A stretch of DNA of 64,000 bases from Tetramitus jugosus (Eukaryota; Protista; Heterolobosea): assembly GCA_937625935.1 (NCBI GenBank), contig OW569362.1, forward strand, positions 310,001 to 374,000. The letters run 5' to 3'. The notes under the pieces are model-generated. The model worked only from the letters and a program-made list of their open reading frames with translations, was not told where the DNA came from and made no database searches. This document shows, in pieces, positions 51,469 to 63,659 of the stretch. Position numbers and translations under genes: made by a program. The number at the start of each line of letters is the position of its first letter. Position 1 is the first letter of the stretch.

Positions 51469-53151
51469 ATGAGTGCGAGTGGCAACCCTCCTTTATCACC
51501 AGCACAAGCTGCTCCACACGATCACCAGATATCACCTCACGATAGTTCTCAGCAGGTCACTAGTGAAGAAGAGCTTACAACACCTTCTCACGACGATACT
51601 TCTCGCAAGAATCTTCCCTCCTCCCAGATAGGAGTCTCCACTGAGTCTGTCTCCGCGCCTAAAATGACTACTTCCCATTCCCGTGAGAAACATCATTTGA
51701 CCCCAATCGACATTTTAGTTAAAACACCAGAACAAGAAGCAGAACAAACAAATGAAGCTATGTCTGACTTTATAGATCAACAGAGTCAAGAAAGCTTCGA
51801 AGAAGCTGAAGAGCTTCTATCTCTTGGCAACAAACAGCACATCGATTCAGCTCGTCGAACAACAGAATTGAGCTTACCTCCAAATCAAATAATAGCTAAA
51901 GCATCGGCAGTTGAAGACCAAGCTCAAGCTTTTGAAGAGCAAGACGCTGTTCAGAGGGAATCAAGTCATGTGAGCTCTAAAAAGAAACGGAAACGTGCTG
52001 TTGCTGCTTCCTCAGAAGACTCTGATTACTATGATGAAGAAGAGGAGCTATATGAGGAGGAAGAGGAAGAAGAGATGGACCATGACTATGAAGAAACAAC
52101 GACTCATCTAAAGAAAAGAAGCAGAGGCAACAATGGTCAAGATTCTACATTGTCCAAAGCTCAACATGCTCCTGCTAAGAACAAGGTTGTTTCCAAAGAC
52201 GATCGTGAATGTTGTATTTGTCATGATCACATACCAAACAAGTGGCAATCCGTGTGGGTCACTGAACAGAACGTGGACCAATACAAGGAGTGCTTTGGAG
52301 CGAGCACAGGCTTCGATGGATCAAAAATTGGCAGAGCATGCAGAACATGTTACAATCGGTACTTTGCATTCATCAATGCCAAGAAGTATTCCAATGTTGA
52401 CTGTATTTGCTGTCTAAAACCACTCAGTAAGAGGTCCTATCCATTCAACTCCTTTGCTCACATTTATCGTACTCTATTTCCCCATTTATCAGAAGATACG
52501 ACTGAAGGAAGAGTGTGCACTACCTGCTACGATAAGGGATACAATGCCAGACAAGGTATTATCAAAGAAGAAGCAAAAACCAAGAAGAGTACAAATCGAA
52601 CAAGAAGTTCAAACACCAGTACTCAAAGTCAAGATCTAGATTACAGTGAAGCATCTATTCCTGCGAAGAGAACAAGGAGAACAACTGCTCAACAACGAGA
52701 AAAGCAGGAAGAGGAAAATGAGGATGGGTATGATGATGAAGAATCTCATGCAACAAATGGTATCAGTACGAAAGGAAAACAGAAAGAAGATGACACGGGA
52801 GGGAGTTCGTACTATACGAGAGCAAGAGAAAGAACGAAGAAACAAAACTTGCAAGTAACAAGAAATTCGGTACTAGTTCACCTCGAAGTGATACTACAAG
52901 CACTAGGGCAGAGATCAATCAATCTGCAAGTTGAGATCGAAAGAGGTGTTCATATGTCTGACTTGCATCACCTGCTGACCGATTCAGTCCCCATGATGAA
53001 GGGAGAAGAGCGAATAGTTATTACTTCAGTTGAGCATGATAGAATTGGGGAGCAAGTGGAGGTATTGCTCACTCAAAGGTGCTTAAAAAAATTTCCACTC
53101 ACTGATGGATGTACACTAAGGGCTTACATTTATAAGGCAGAAAACAAGTAG
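51469..53151 (+). CDS. Hypothetical nuclear protein with two C4 zinc-binding modules
   Basis: CCIC...CRTCY and CICC...CTTCY, NLS KKKRKR, acidic tracts, small beta-rich C-terminal domain. Confidence 0.65.
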   Translation: MSASGNPPLSPAQAAPHDHQISPHDSSQQVTSEEELTTPSHDDTSRKNLPSSQIGVSTESVSAPKMTTSHSREKHHLTPIDILVKTPEQEAEQTNEAMSDFIDQQSQESFEEAEELLSLGNKQHIDSARRTTELSLPPNQIIAKASAVEDQAQAFEEQDAVQRESSHVSSKKKRKRAVAASSEDSDYYDEEEELYEEEEEEEMDHDYEETTTHLKKRSRGNNGQDSTLSKAQHAPAKNKVVSKDDRECCICHDHIPNKWQSVWVTEQNVDQYKECFGASTGFDGSKIGRACRTCYNRYFAFINAKKYSNVDCICCLKPLSKRSYPFNSFAHIYRTLFPHLSEDTTEGRVCTTCYDKGYNARQGIIKEEAKTKKSTNRTRSSNTSTQSQDLDYSEASIPAKRTRRTTAQQREKQEEENEDGYDDEESHATNGISTKGKQKEDDTGGSSYYTRARERTKKQNLQVTRNSVLVHLEVILQALGQRSINLQVEIERGVHMSDLHHLLTDSVPMMKGEERIVITSVEHDRIGEQVEVLLTQRCLKKFPLTDGCTLRAYIYKAENK

Positions 53152-53188
53152 GGATCAACAACAACTTTGGATGAAAGTTTGAGGACAT

Positions 53189-56100
53189 TTATTCCATGTT
53201 CATATCAGTTCTCTCTGTTTCGGTTTCAGAGGTTCGCTCATTGGAGAAAACTCTGCATCTATCGACAAGCTTTTGAGCTGCTACGTCATACGGATGGACA
53301 GTCAAATATCGAACGAGAATCTCGGAAGCTTCTTCATATTCTCGACGGTCATAGAGTTTGAAAGCCTTGATAAATTCAAACCATTTGTCATTTTCCTTTG
53401 GTACTTGTTGTTCTAATTCATGAGTCCATTCTTCAGTGTTTCTTGCTTCTCCTAACTCATAGAACAAGACTTCGTCCTTGAATCGATCCACAGGACGCAT
53501 GTAAAACTCATCCTTTGCTGCTTGATAAATGTCTTGAGAACACAGAATTCTGGTTCCCCATGTAGCATTGAGATTACACACTGACTTGGACATCGAGGTC
53601 GATCTACCAACAACAGTAAAGATCTTTGTTGCATCCGATCCAATATTACCATAGAATGAAGGACCACAAGCGACACCAATAAACATCTCCAATTGGGGTA
53701 ACCCCCTTGTTCTCCATCTATCCTGTAACTGAGTAATGGCCTTATGACATTTATCAGCAGCTCTTACTCCTCTAATTCTATGATCAGGTTGAGCGATCAA
53801 GGTATTCCAAGCGATGACAGCATCAGAGTGTGTATGGGATACAAGTTGAGCATTTGAATCTCTAACAATGTCCTTGATAGCTGTGAGTAGATCCTTTGTC
53901 GCTTCATTCACATCAGCTGGGGTGTACGATTCCAAGAGTTCCGACAATTCGGAGAAGTGAATAGTAAGTACTGTGATGGATCCGCTGACGAGACCAGAGG
54001 TCAACGCATTGGCAATGAGACCTTTTGAGTGATAGTTGGCGGAAGAGGCCGAGTACTTGGTGTCTGACATGTTGTCCGACATGGTTTTCAGTTCTACATC
54101 ACCAATCTTGTGAGATCCTTTAGATGATTTCTTTGAACCAGCTTGGCTCTCGGTTAGCAAGATTTCCTTATGGGCCACTTCAGTCTCAATCACAGCTAGA
54201 ATGTGTGAGGGAATAAATTGCCTAAATTGTTTGAGTCTAAGGGACATGGAACCGAAAGAGCGTTGCAGACTACGGATTTCAGAGAAAAACGAAACATCCT
54301 TCTCCAAACTCCTTTCCACTTCTTCGAGACGCAGTAGCTTGATGGTTTCAGCTAATGCAGCCAGCTTCTTCAGTGGTGACATGAAAAAAGTGGCAGAAAT
54401 AATAGAGATAACAACACCAGCGATTAGCAAAGCAACAGTAACACCAACCATGATTCCGACCGATCTCCTGAAATTGATGAAGAAAAGTGATCGAGGAACA
54501 GCTTGCAATACAACCCAATCTGCCCCGTATGGATCTTTAAATTCCCCAATATTAACATAGTACACATCGCCCTTATGACGGAAGCTACCGTATCCTTTGC
54601 CATTAACCTTATCGAAATAACGACCACCGAAAGTTGCTCTGCTATAATGAACCAATTTGTTCATGAGTTCGTTCACACTCGTTTCACCATTGTATCTTCT
54701 GGTGGAGGTGCTATTCATTGAATAAACTTCAACAAGTGGATCACTTGTACTGACCAAGTATCCTGTTTTCTTTTCAATAATGGCAATTGTGCTGTGTAAA
54801 TCTTCAGCTTTCTTCTTCAAGAAATAAGCAATGGCCTCTGTGGTAATATCACTGGCATACGAAGCCTCCATTGTGCCTGTCACTGGATCAATGAAGGGAA
54901 CGACGAATGACATGTACAGCATACCAGGGAACGATAGTTGGGCAAATGTTGTTGTCCAAACTGGTGTCTTGGATTGATTTGCAGCCTGATAATAGATTCC
55001 GAACTTGTCAAAGTAGCTCGCATTGGCTAGTCTTGGTGGAGTATTGTCTAAAATTTCATCAATAGTTCCTGTAAACAAGCTTGGAAGATCATAGAACTTA
55101 AATACATCAGGATTCTCAGTTGAATCAGCAAGTTGGGTGTCCTTTCCGTTTCGAGATATAGCAATGATTTGAGCTCCATCCCTCCTGAAGTAGAAGGCAT
55201 CATTAGTGAAATCAGATTCATTGAAAAGAATTCTCAGGTTGGCAAGTGTAAAGCCCAATAGGTCCCTTGAGTTAGTGGTATTAATCAAATTAGAAGAAAA
55301 GGCAGCTCCAGCACTCAATATAGACACAGTATGCATCTGCATTCTCGAGTCAATAAAGCTCATAACTTCATCAAACGAATGATCACGATCCTTTTTCGAA
55401 TTCTTGGCAACGTTCGATCCATGGAATCCCAATGAAATACCAGCCATACTAATCACACAAACCATAGCAATAAATGATAGGATAATAATCAGAATCGTTG
55501 TCATACTTCGAGAGATTTCAACGCAGCAATTAGTGTTAACTTCTTCATCGTGACGATTCACAGGCTTTAGAGAACCACCTGCATTCGACAAGGAAGCAAT
55601 CAAGTTCTTGTCTCCCGAATTGACTGCATATTGAAGTGCAGTTAATCCATTGGAATCGCCTTCGTTCAATTCTACCTCAGAGCACTCACAGAGGAATTGA
55701 CAAAACTCTCTTCTTGAATTCTTGACAGCAAGCATCAAGGGTGTGTCACCTCCCTTGTCAATCGTGTTTAAGAAGGAAGATATTTGACTCTGACTCAAAT
55801 CACCGAGCTTCATGTATCTCAACAACAGTAGTATATTGTCGATATGACCATCGGCACCACATCTGTGCAACAAATTTCTGTTGGAAATGTTGGTGTTTGT
55901 CACCATTCTTCCCAATCCGTTGTTAGCAGAGAAATGAGAAGCCAAGAACTGTACAATTTCTACATGGGCCATACAATTGAACAAGACATTTTCTTCGTCA
56001 TTGTTCTTTCTCAATGGTGAAGCACCCAATTTTTGGACAAGGAACTTTACGGCAGTCAAGTCTCCTTCTTCTGCCATAAAATGAAGTGCCGTGTTGCCCT

Positions 56101-56857
56101 TGGTGCCTCTTAAATTTACATCAATGGTTCTGAATGATGCCAATATCTCAACCATATGATAATGCTTGTTCTTGAGTGCCAACAATAATGGAAACTTGGA
56201 ATAGGAGTCCTTGGCATTGATATTCGCTCCTTTTGATAACAAGAAACCAGCAGCCTCTTCGCTATTTTGTGAAACAGCGTAATGGAGTGGTGTGGCTGAC
56301 AGCGAATCCAACACATCGACAGGTATCTTGTGTTGCAACAACAGTTCCATGCACTGTGGCTTGTTTCTCTGTGCACAAATGTGCATCAATGAGCAGTTAC
56401 AAGTGTCCTTGTCCTTTATTTTAGACAGGGGCACCGCTGCTGCTGTTTTTGAACCAGTGTTACTGCTACTGCTACCACCTAAATTGAGTGTGTTATGATG
56501 ATGATGGTGGTTGTTCTTAAGTGCCTGTCTCTCTAGAATATGATTCAAAAGTTGCAAAGACACTGCATCCGTTCCATTCTTGCACGCAAACAATATCTGA
56601 GCTTGTGAGTTTGGTAATTCTTCCATGAGAGGCAGCAATTCTTCGAATGACCGGTTGTCCTCTAGAACCGTCAAGGTAGGGAGCTGTTGTGACTGCCGTT
56701 GAGCATCCGAGCTTCTGTTGGTGTTCTGCACATTTCTACTCTGAAACTTTTGCTCAATGGAGTTAGTCCATTCTTGAACGACTTGGATAAAGGGTTTTCG
56801 CTCAGTTTTTCTTGAACTAGTTGCAACGCTGGCAGAGTTGGCAGTGTTGGAAACCAT
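53189..56857 (-). CDS. Ankyrin-repeat / TM / Cache-like / TM / HAMP / degenerate class III nucleotidyl cyclase receptor (1222 aa)
   Basis: About 8 ankyrin repeats (TPLHYA, GNTALH.MA..G, GDTPLMLA), two TM helices around a PVWT...YGADWV sensor region, HAMP (PL..LA...SEI..L..SF..M), F..FIP, IGVA.G....GNIG. Confidence 0.85.
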   Translation of the reverse strand: MVSNTANSASVATSSRKTERKPFIQVVQEWTNSIEQKFQSRNVQNTNRSSDAQRQSQQLPTLTVLEDNRSFEELLPLMEELPNSQAQILFACKNGTDAVSLQLLNHILERQALKNNHHHHHNTLNLGGSSSSNTGSKTAAAVPLSKIKDKDTCNCSLMHICAQRNKPQCMELLLQHKIPVDVLDSLSATPLHYAVSQNSEEAAGFLLSKGANINAKDSYSKFPLLLALKNKHYHMVEILASFRTIDVNLRGTKGNTALHFMAEEGDLTAVKFLVQKLGASPLRKNNDEENVLFNCMAHVEIVQFLASHFSANNGLGRMVTNTNISNRNLLHRCGADGHIDNILLLLRYMKLGDLSQSQISSFLNTIDKGGDTPLMLAVKNSRREFCQFLCECSEVELNEGDSNGLTALQYAVNSGDKNLIASLSNAGGSLKPVNRHDEEVNTNCCVEISRSMTTILIIILSFIAMVCVISMAGISLGFHGSNVAKNSKKDRDHSFDEVMSFIDSRMQMHTVSILSAGAAFSSNLINTTNSRDLLGFTLANLRILFNESDFTNDAFYFRRDGAQIIAISRNGKDTQLADSTENPDVFKFYDLPSLFTGTIDEILDNTPPRLANASYFDKFGIYYQAANQSKTPVWTTTFAQLSFPGMLYMSFVVPFIDPVTGTMEASYASDITTEAIAYFLKKKAEDLHSTIAIIEKKTGYLVSTSDPLVEVYSMNSTSTRRYNGETSVNELMNKLVHYSRATFGGRYFDKVNGKGYGSFRHKGDVYYVNIGEFKDPYGADWVVLQAVPRSLFFINFRRSVGIMVGVTVALLIAGVVISIISATFFMSPLKKLAALAETIKLLRLEEVERSLEKDVSFFSEIRSLQRSFGSMSLRLKQFRQFIPSHILAVIETEVAHKEILLTESQAGSKKSSKGSHKIGDVELKTMSDNMSDTKYSASSANYHSKGLIANALTSGLVSGSITVLTIHFSELSELLESYTPADVNEATKDLLTAIKDIVRDSNAQLVSHTHSDAVIAWNTLIAQPDHRIRGVRAADKCHKAITQLQDRWRTRGLPQLEMFIGVACGPSFYGNIGSDATKIFTVVGRSTSMSKSVCNLNATWGTRILCSQDIYQAAKDEFYMRPVDRFKDEVLFYELGEARNTEEWTHELEQQVPKENDKWFEFIKAFKLYDRREYEEASEILVRYLTVHPYDVAAQKLVDRCRVFSNERTSETETERTDMNME

Positions 56858-57550
56858 GATTTCTTTACAAAAGAGAAGGTATTAATGAGTTTGTTTGTTG
56901 GGTTATGTTGTGAAGTGCTGTGTGATAGTGTGAGAAATAGACAGTCAGGTGTCAATTGACGATGGTCTATTCCTCCTCCCGAGAAACAACCGAGTGACCT
57001 AGAAATGGAGCGGATGTGGCCATTGTTGGCAAATTTCGCGGCAAGAAAGTTGACAGAAGCGAATGAAAACGTAAAAGTCTCGAACTTTTGTGGTTCAGAT
57101 GAATAAATTTGTAAATGAAAAACGAAAATGGCTGTTGCCCACCAATGTGGAATGTTCGGATCCCTCGGGTTCGTTACCGTGACGGCTATTGGGTAATACA
57201 AGCGTCGCAAGTGGAGAAATAATCTTTAGAAAAATCAGGACGGTTTGGACATTACCGAAATTACCTCCGAGCATCGGAATTCGACATTATAAGCCTTTTC
57301 AATTGCGCAGCAACTACCGTATCGCTCAAGCGAGAAGAAGTGAAGCGTCAATAGTTGGCAACCCGCCAAAAAACAAGATTTGGTACTTTTCTCGCGCCAA
57401 AAAATAGTTACTCCCACAAAAACATCTCCGACAGAAGAAGTTTTTGTTTTTTTCGTTCACCAAAATCACAAAACTTGCAAAGAAAATTGATCATCGACAA
57501 TAAACAAAGCAAGCAACTAAGCAAATAAACAAACACATACAAAGACAAAG

Positions 57551-58270
57551 ATGCCCAAGGTAACAAGCTCCGAAATGGACGAAATTGAAGCAGCACTCAA
57601 CAACAATGATGGTCTCTCCACCACCACGAGTACTACAGCTACTAGTATCAATCAACAACAAGCATCAGGAGGAGAAGAAGAAGCCAATGAGGACATGGAA
57701 AAGGAACTTCAGGCCATGAGACAACGAATGAGAGAAATGGAAGAAGAACAATCAAAAATTCAACAGATGCAAACTCAATTGGAAAAGGATTTGACTGGAG
57801 CAGGTATCGTTGATGAAGCAAAAGAAGATGTCGATGCAAGGAGTGTCTATGTGGGAAATGTCGACTATGAGGCTTCACCAGAGGAACTTCAAACTCATTT
57901 TCAAGATTGTGGGCCCATTAATCGTGTGACCATTTTGACAGACAAGTTTGGTAATCCAAAGGGATTTGCCTATATTGAATTTTCTGAGAAGGAAGCTGTG
58001 GATCAAGCAGTTTTGTTGGATGATTCAACATTGAGAGGAAGAACGATAAAGGTCAATGCAAAGAGAACCAATGTACCTGGTATGTCATTGAGAGGAAGAG
58101 GTAGAGGTGCTGTTGCAGGTGGAGGAGGAGGTTTCAGAGGAGCATACAGAGGAGGTGGTTATTCTCGTCCAGCACCAAGAGGAGCATACAGAGGTGCTTT
58201 TGGAAGAGGACGGGGTCGTGGAGGTGGTCCACCAAGAGGTCGTGGTGGCTATCATCCTTATTCGAGCTAA
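57551..58270 (+). CDS. PABPN1: Nuclear poly(A)-binding protein
   Basis: Coiled coil, [41 protein letters not shown] tail ending YHPY. Confidence 0.97.
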   Translation: MPKVTSSEMDEIEAALNNNDGLSTTTSTTATSINQQQASGGEEEANEDMEKELQAMRQRMREMEEEQSKIQQMQTQLEKDLTGAGIVDEAKEDVDARSVYVGNVDYEASPEELQTHFQDCGPINRVTILTDKFGNPKGFAYIEFSEKEAVDQAVLLDDSTLRGRTIKVNAKRTNVPGMSLRGRGRGAVAGGGGGFRGAYRGGGYSRPAPRGAYRGAFGRGRGRGGGPPRGRGGYHPYSS

Positions 58271-58371
58271 ATGATGATGACGACGATCAGTGTTCAGAAG
58301 AATATATATGTTTCTATCATCATTTTAAATATATATTTTGGAAGAAGAGTGTGGATGACAAGTGGTATATA

Positions 58372-58388
58372 TGTGTGTGTGTGTGTGT
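58372..58388. repeat. (TG)n microsatellite in the 3' region of PABPN1
   Basis: tgtgtgtgtgtgtgtg run. Confidence 0.7.
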
Positions 58389-58703
58389 ATGCTGAAGAAG
58401 GAGGAGACGATGATAGGTGGAAGATTGAATTTTTTTATTATTTCGAGTGTTTATGAAAGGTGAGCGATTGACTACAGCAATTGATTTTGTTTGTGAATTG
58501 TCACGAGAGACAACTGGAAGAAAAAGAAGCTTTATCTTTAGGGCTATAGAATGAGAGTCTCGTGTGATTTCTTGTGTGCGTGCTGGTTGTATTTGATGAT
58601 AAATAAAAAGAGAAAAAGTATGAAATAGTTGTCGGGATGATTTGTTATTGTTCTGATGAGAACACAGAGTGTCTATTTACTGGTTGTGACCGATGGTTAC
58701 TAT

Positions 58704-61288
58704 TTACTTATCTTGTGGATTGATGGCCAGATTTTGTGGAGTGATTGAAGGTTGGCTACCTCCTGATGGCATGATGTGGATGGTATGGGAAAGAATGAAG
58801 AAGACCCAGGCGTGCAATAGGAAAATATACACGACAAACAGAATTCTCAATAGTGGATTGATTCTGAGATGTCTGGCCGATTGAATCGAAATGCCATCGA
58901 GCCATTGCATACCACTTGCTACCTTTTTGGCCAAGAAACCCCGTTGGGACAAATTTCTGAAGACTCGGTTCGTTTTGATTGGTACGGCAGCGTCCACATC
59001 GTGTCCATCGAAAATATCAATTGAATGACCCTTAGTCCTCCGTCTTGGTGCCTCGTTCATTGGGTTCATTCGAGCCACAAGCTCCACTTCCTTGATTCTT
59101 TGCTTTGTTTTGTCAAGCTCCAAGTACAGTGCAGCCTTTTCACTGTTTAATGTTTCGAGCTGCGACTGTTTCTCGATCAGTCTTTCAGCCAGGGCTCTAG
59201 CTCTATTTTCTGCCTCGGTCTGATCCGAGCTTGTCGAAGATGATGATCTCGTGACCTTTGATTGCAGAGTTTTGATGTCGGCAACCCGTTTCTTGAGTTC
59301 CTCTTGCAAATCTCTCCTCTCAGCTTCAAACTTCTGCTTGGCATCGTCGGCACTCAGTTTGATCGTAGCCATGGCCTGTTGTATCTTTGCAACGTTTTCC
59401 TTTTCTCGCTCCAAACTCTTCTCCAAGTTTCTAATCTTGAAACGAGAAGAGGTGACCTCTGCATCTTGTTGACGCTTCACCAAATCTAATGTAGCTGCTA
59501 ATTCTTGATTCTCTGCTCTTAGTCTTTCCAAGTCCATAATCATATCCTCCTTGTCCAATGCAGCAAGCAGTTTGTCATCATCGTCTTGTAGTCTCGATTC
59601 ACTGAGATCTGATTCGTTCGATCCGACGGATGAGTCAGGAGATCGCACCTTCTTCAACTCTTCGATTTGTTTGTCACGAATCAGCAGAACCTTGGTTGCA
59701 CGATTCTTGTACTCTTGCAACTCTTGTTCCTTGAGTTGGAACTCACTCTGCTTCATCTTGAGCAAATTCTCTAGTCGATTGATATCCTGCCACTTTTCAC
59801 TCAATGAATTCTGAGCTTGTGTAAATTCGGATTCTAGTTGCGTTCTGCTCTCCAACAATTCTCTTTCACGCTTGTTGAAATGAGCTCTCAAAGACTTTAC
59901 ATCCTCTTCTTCACTTCTCAGTTTATCCTCCAACTTACTATATCGATCCTTCAACTCTTCATATGCCTCCTGTGCATCCGTTCTCTTCCTTCTCTCCTCC
60001 TTTGAGATTGTATCATTGGCTTCCTTCATATCAGTCAGTGCTTTATCCTTGGTCTTCAACTGCTGAATCAACTCATCAATCTGCGTTTGCATATTGTTTT
60101 GCTGTTTTTCCTTGTCGTTCATCAACCGAGCAAATTCATTCTCTGTTTTCAACTTTTCTTCCAAGAATCGACTCATTTGACTTCCATGTCTCTATCATAT
60201 ACATACATGGATTGCACTTGTCAGTTTCGCTTTTCAAAAATAAATGAACATCAACCATAATAACTAAATGGATAAAAACTCACCTCTTGCACCTCCTTCA
60301 AATATCGTTCATTCTTACTCGCTTGTCCACTAAACTCCTTAAACTTGTTGTTCAGTGTTTCATTCTGTCGAGTCAACGAAATCAATTCTTCATGTAAATG
60401 CAAAACACTGTGTCGTAAAATTTGCTTTTCCTCATCGACAACAGTACTATCATGATCCAGTGAAGCAACTGGTGCAATCTCACTTTTCTTTTCATCTGTT
60501 GCCTGTTCATTTGTTGATGTCGCTTCCTCCACTTTCTCCTCCATAACAATCTGTTGTTTCTCACTTTCGTCTTCTTCCTTTTCCTCCTTCTCCTCTGCGA
60601 CACTTTGCTCACTTGCTTTTTGATTCTTTTTCACTTTATTATTCTTCTTCTTATTGTTCTTGCTCTTGTTATTGCCCTTATTATTATTACTATTATTATT
60701 ATTTGCTTTGTCCTTGGTCGTTTTTTGTTCGTTGTTTTTATCGTTATTTTCTTCATCCTCCTTTGCTTCACTGCTTGTTTTTGTTGTCACATTTTCATTT
60801 AATGTTTCCTCATTCTTGGTTGTGTCTTCGGGTACTTCTACTACTACAGTTCTTGTTCTTGTTGTTGTTGTCAAAGCTTTATCAACTGGTTGTTGTTTCA
60901 AGTTTGAAACAACATTTTCAATCATTGATGGATCACTAAAGTACTTTTTAGAGAAGAAGAGTGCATCCTGTAATTTTTCAATCTCTGATCGTTCATCTAC
61001 CTTTGATGACAATTGTGCTTGTTCCTCTTGACCAACAACACTCGATGAAAAATCATGGTTGAGCATGCTTATCGGAGAAATAGGAGATGGTTTTTTGAGA
61101 GAATGATTTTCTTGATCATCTTCATCTCCTACGACATCATTATAGGCACTGTCATCTTCATATTCATATTCATCATCGTCATCATCATAGTCTTCATCAT
61201 CAGTCAAGTCATCAGATTTGTTGACAACTTTGGCAGCTGTTTGATCCACATTCTCAAGCACTTGTTCTGCAAATTTAAGTGCCCACAT
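58704..61288 (-). CDS. GOLGA5: Golgin-84 (GOLGA5)-like Golgi tether; 2 exons (intron 60192-60283)
   Basis: N-terminal W...AE..L..VD..AA, EL.EYK.RA..VL, L.E.LI.KQ.QLE.L.SEK.AL..LE, C-terminal LR..P..R..F..Y...LH.WV TM segment; GTGAGT..TAG intron is in frame. Confidence 0.88.
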
Positions 61289-61447
61289 TTGATTTTAGTG
61301 ATAATGGTGATGCTTGGATCGTAAAAAGCTTATGTTGTTGTTGTTTTTTGTGTGATGTGATTGATGATTTTCTAAGCTTTTTACTTGTGTCGGCGACAAA
61401 AGATCAAACAAAAAATTGTTTGTCCACACAACAGAGTATCAAAATCA

Positions 61448-62446
61448 ATGTCCAATATCACGACAACGACAGCAACACCACCACCACCAGTGACGTCTCA
61501 TGAAGACAAGCTCAAGTTTTATCGAAATACGAGATATGCTGCTGTTGATTTTCTACAGCACACTGGAGAGCTCTTACTCATGTAAGTACATCATGATTTA
61601 CATCGAGTACCAAATCTTTCTTTTTTTTTTTATGGTTCTGAATTGGAAGCTTAACCACATCATGTTCACCATGTACCTATATATAATCGATTATGGTGTT
61701 GATATGCAAACAGTCCACAAACAGTCATTGCAACAAGCATCATTTTTTATCACAGATTTTACAAGTTTATAAGAGATGAACAGATACCGGATGACAAGTA
61801 CGACAAGTATCAAATCGCATGTAGTTGCGTGTTTATTGCGTGCAAGTGTCAAGAAACGTTGCGTAGCTTGAGAGACATTTGTAATGTGCTTCAGCGGATA
61901 CGCTACCCTCAAAAGCCCAATTTTTCATTGAATTGTCCAGAGCTTGCCAAATTGAAGCAAAGTATTTCAATGCACGAACAAATTGTGTTGAGAGCTTTGG
62001 CTTACAATGTGAGAATAAGTGTGCCCTATTCGTATGTTGGTCCTTATTTGAAGTGTTTGAATTTTGGTGATCCTGAAGGTGTGAAAATGGAGGATCCTGT
62101 TCGTGATTTGCAACTCCAACGGTTATTGCAATGCACGTGCAGTTTGTTGAATGATTCGTTGAGAACTGATTTGTGCATTACGCACAAGTCACATGAAATT
62201 GCTGTTGGGTGCATTTACTTGGCTGCTCGGTTGTGTGATGTGCAATTGCCATATCAAAGACAGCACAAGGAGGTGAACAGTGGTGAGGGTGTGAGTTTAG
62301 GTGACTCTGCTCTGTCTGTTGCATCTGCTTCAGCTGTAGCTGAAAGAGAATGGTATCACTTGTTTAATGTGTCAAAGGAGACACTGCGGAGCATTTCCAA
62401 CGAAATCATTCAAATGTATAGTGATTATAAACAAGTTGAAAAGTAA
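61448..62446 (+). CDS. Transcriptional cyclin (cyclin L/K/M type); exons 61448-61581 and 61714-62446
   Basis: Spliced reading GELLLIPQTVIATSIIFYHRFY, CVFIACK.QE..R.LRDI.NV, E..VLR.L.Y, LNDSLRT.LC, IAV.CIYLA, WY.LF.V. Confidence 0.88.
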
Positions 62447-62591
62447 GAATCATGATCGCACCATTTAAATTTTTCTGTTCTTGGAGCAGGGGTTGTAATT
62501 TTTTATCGACAACGAAACAGAAACATCAAGGAGCAACGAAATTGAAATTTTACTACAGAAGGAAGTCAGTCAATTATCATCTGACCTTGCA

Positions 62592-63182
62592 TCAAGGCTT
62601 CCTGAAACCCTGGAGAAGCTTGGCATTTTTTGCCTTTCTGATTTGATACTTTTTCTCACTGAAACGAGGATGATGCCTATCAAAATGTTTCCTTGCTCCT
62701 TTTCCTCGGGTTAATTTGTTGTACCAGTGCGCATCTTGTCTCGAAAGAATCTTGAGTCGTGTTGCCAGCTCAATAAGAGCTTTGCTTGCTGTAGTATCGT
62801 CAGGATTCTTATGTAACTGACTGAGACTTCTAAAGCACTTACTAGGAACAGTAAACATGTCATCATTTCCCCCGGTGCTGGAGCCACTACCATCTTTACC
62901 ATCTTCATCACCATCGTCACTGTCATCCTCATCATCTTCGTCTTCGTCACCATCTTCCACCCCACTTCTATTCCTATCGCTCAGAAAATGTTTGATGCAT
63001 ACATTACCAACAGTCACCACATTCTGATTCTTCTTGTTAATGATGACACAATTGTCAGGACAGGTTTCACCTTGTTGTTCATAGATGGTATCCAATCTCC
63101 ATTCTTTACGAGCAGCTGACCACGAATCAGACTCGCTTGCCTCAATTATCAAGCTGACAAGAATTTGGAAGGTATGGGACAT
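62592..63182 (-). CDS. Small hypothetical protein with S...W..A..EW and N..N.....VGN.CI..F motifs
   Basis: ATG ORF of 196 aa. The motif is recalled from uncharacterised bacterial and large-DNA-virus proteins. Confidence 0.5.
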   Translation of the reverse strand: MSHTFQILVSLIIEASESDSWSAARKEWRLDTIYEQQGETCPDNCVIINKKNQNVVTVGNVCIKHFLSDRNRSGVEDGDEDEDDEDDSDDGDEDGKDGSGSSTGGNDDMFTVPSKCFRSLSQLHKNPDDTTASKALIELATRLKILSRQDAHWYNKLTRGKGARKHFDRHHPRFSEKKYQIRKAKNAKLLQGFRKP

Positions 63183-63659
63183 TTTGATGTTTTCTGCAAT
63201 TTTAGTATTGGCATTTTCATTTTCTGTTTAAAAAAGGTTTTGTTTTTCTGGGGAGAACGAACTCACCAGAATTTGAAGGAAGGTACCTCCAAGTAATAAT
63301 AGATGAAGGAAAGTTTCTGCTCGATCAAAATCCAGTTTCTGCTCCTGCACTCAAATGAAACTCATGAACGGCTGATTGCATGTTGGTTTGGAATATTAAG
63401 GAATCTGCTTCTAAGCTCTAGTATCGGGAAATTTCAATTAATTGGCTCTCAACACATTTTATTGAGAATGATCTTCAACTTGCATTTCTGTTTGCTTTGG
63501 GTTTTTCACTTTAAACATGTTCATGCAATTTTGGTCCAAAAAAATCGCACGAGAAAATTGTTCTATCAATAGTCGAATACAACCCATGCCTGAAGTTAAT
63601 CAACTGATTTCCTGTTGAATTGTTGTGACAAAAGCAACAAATATTTCAAGTTAAGATTA

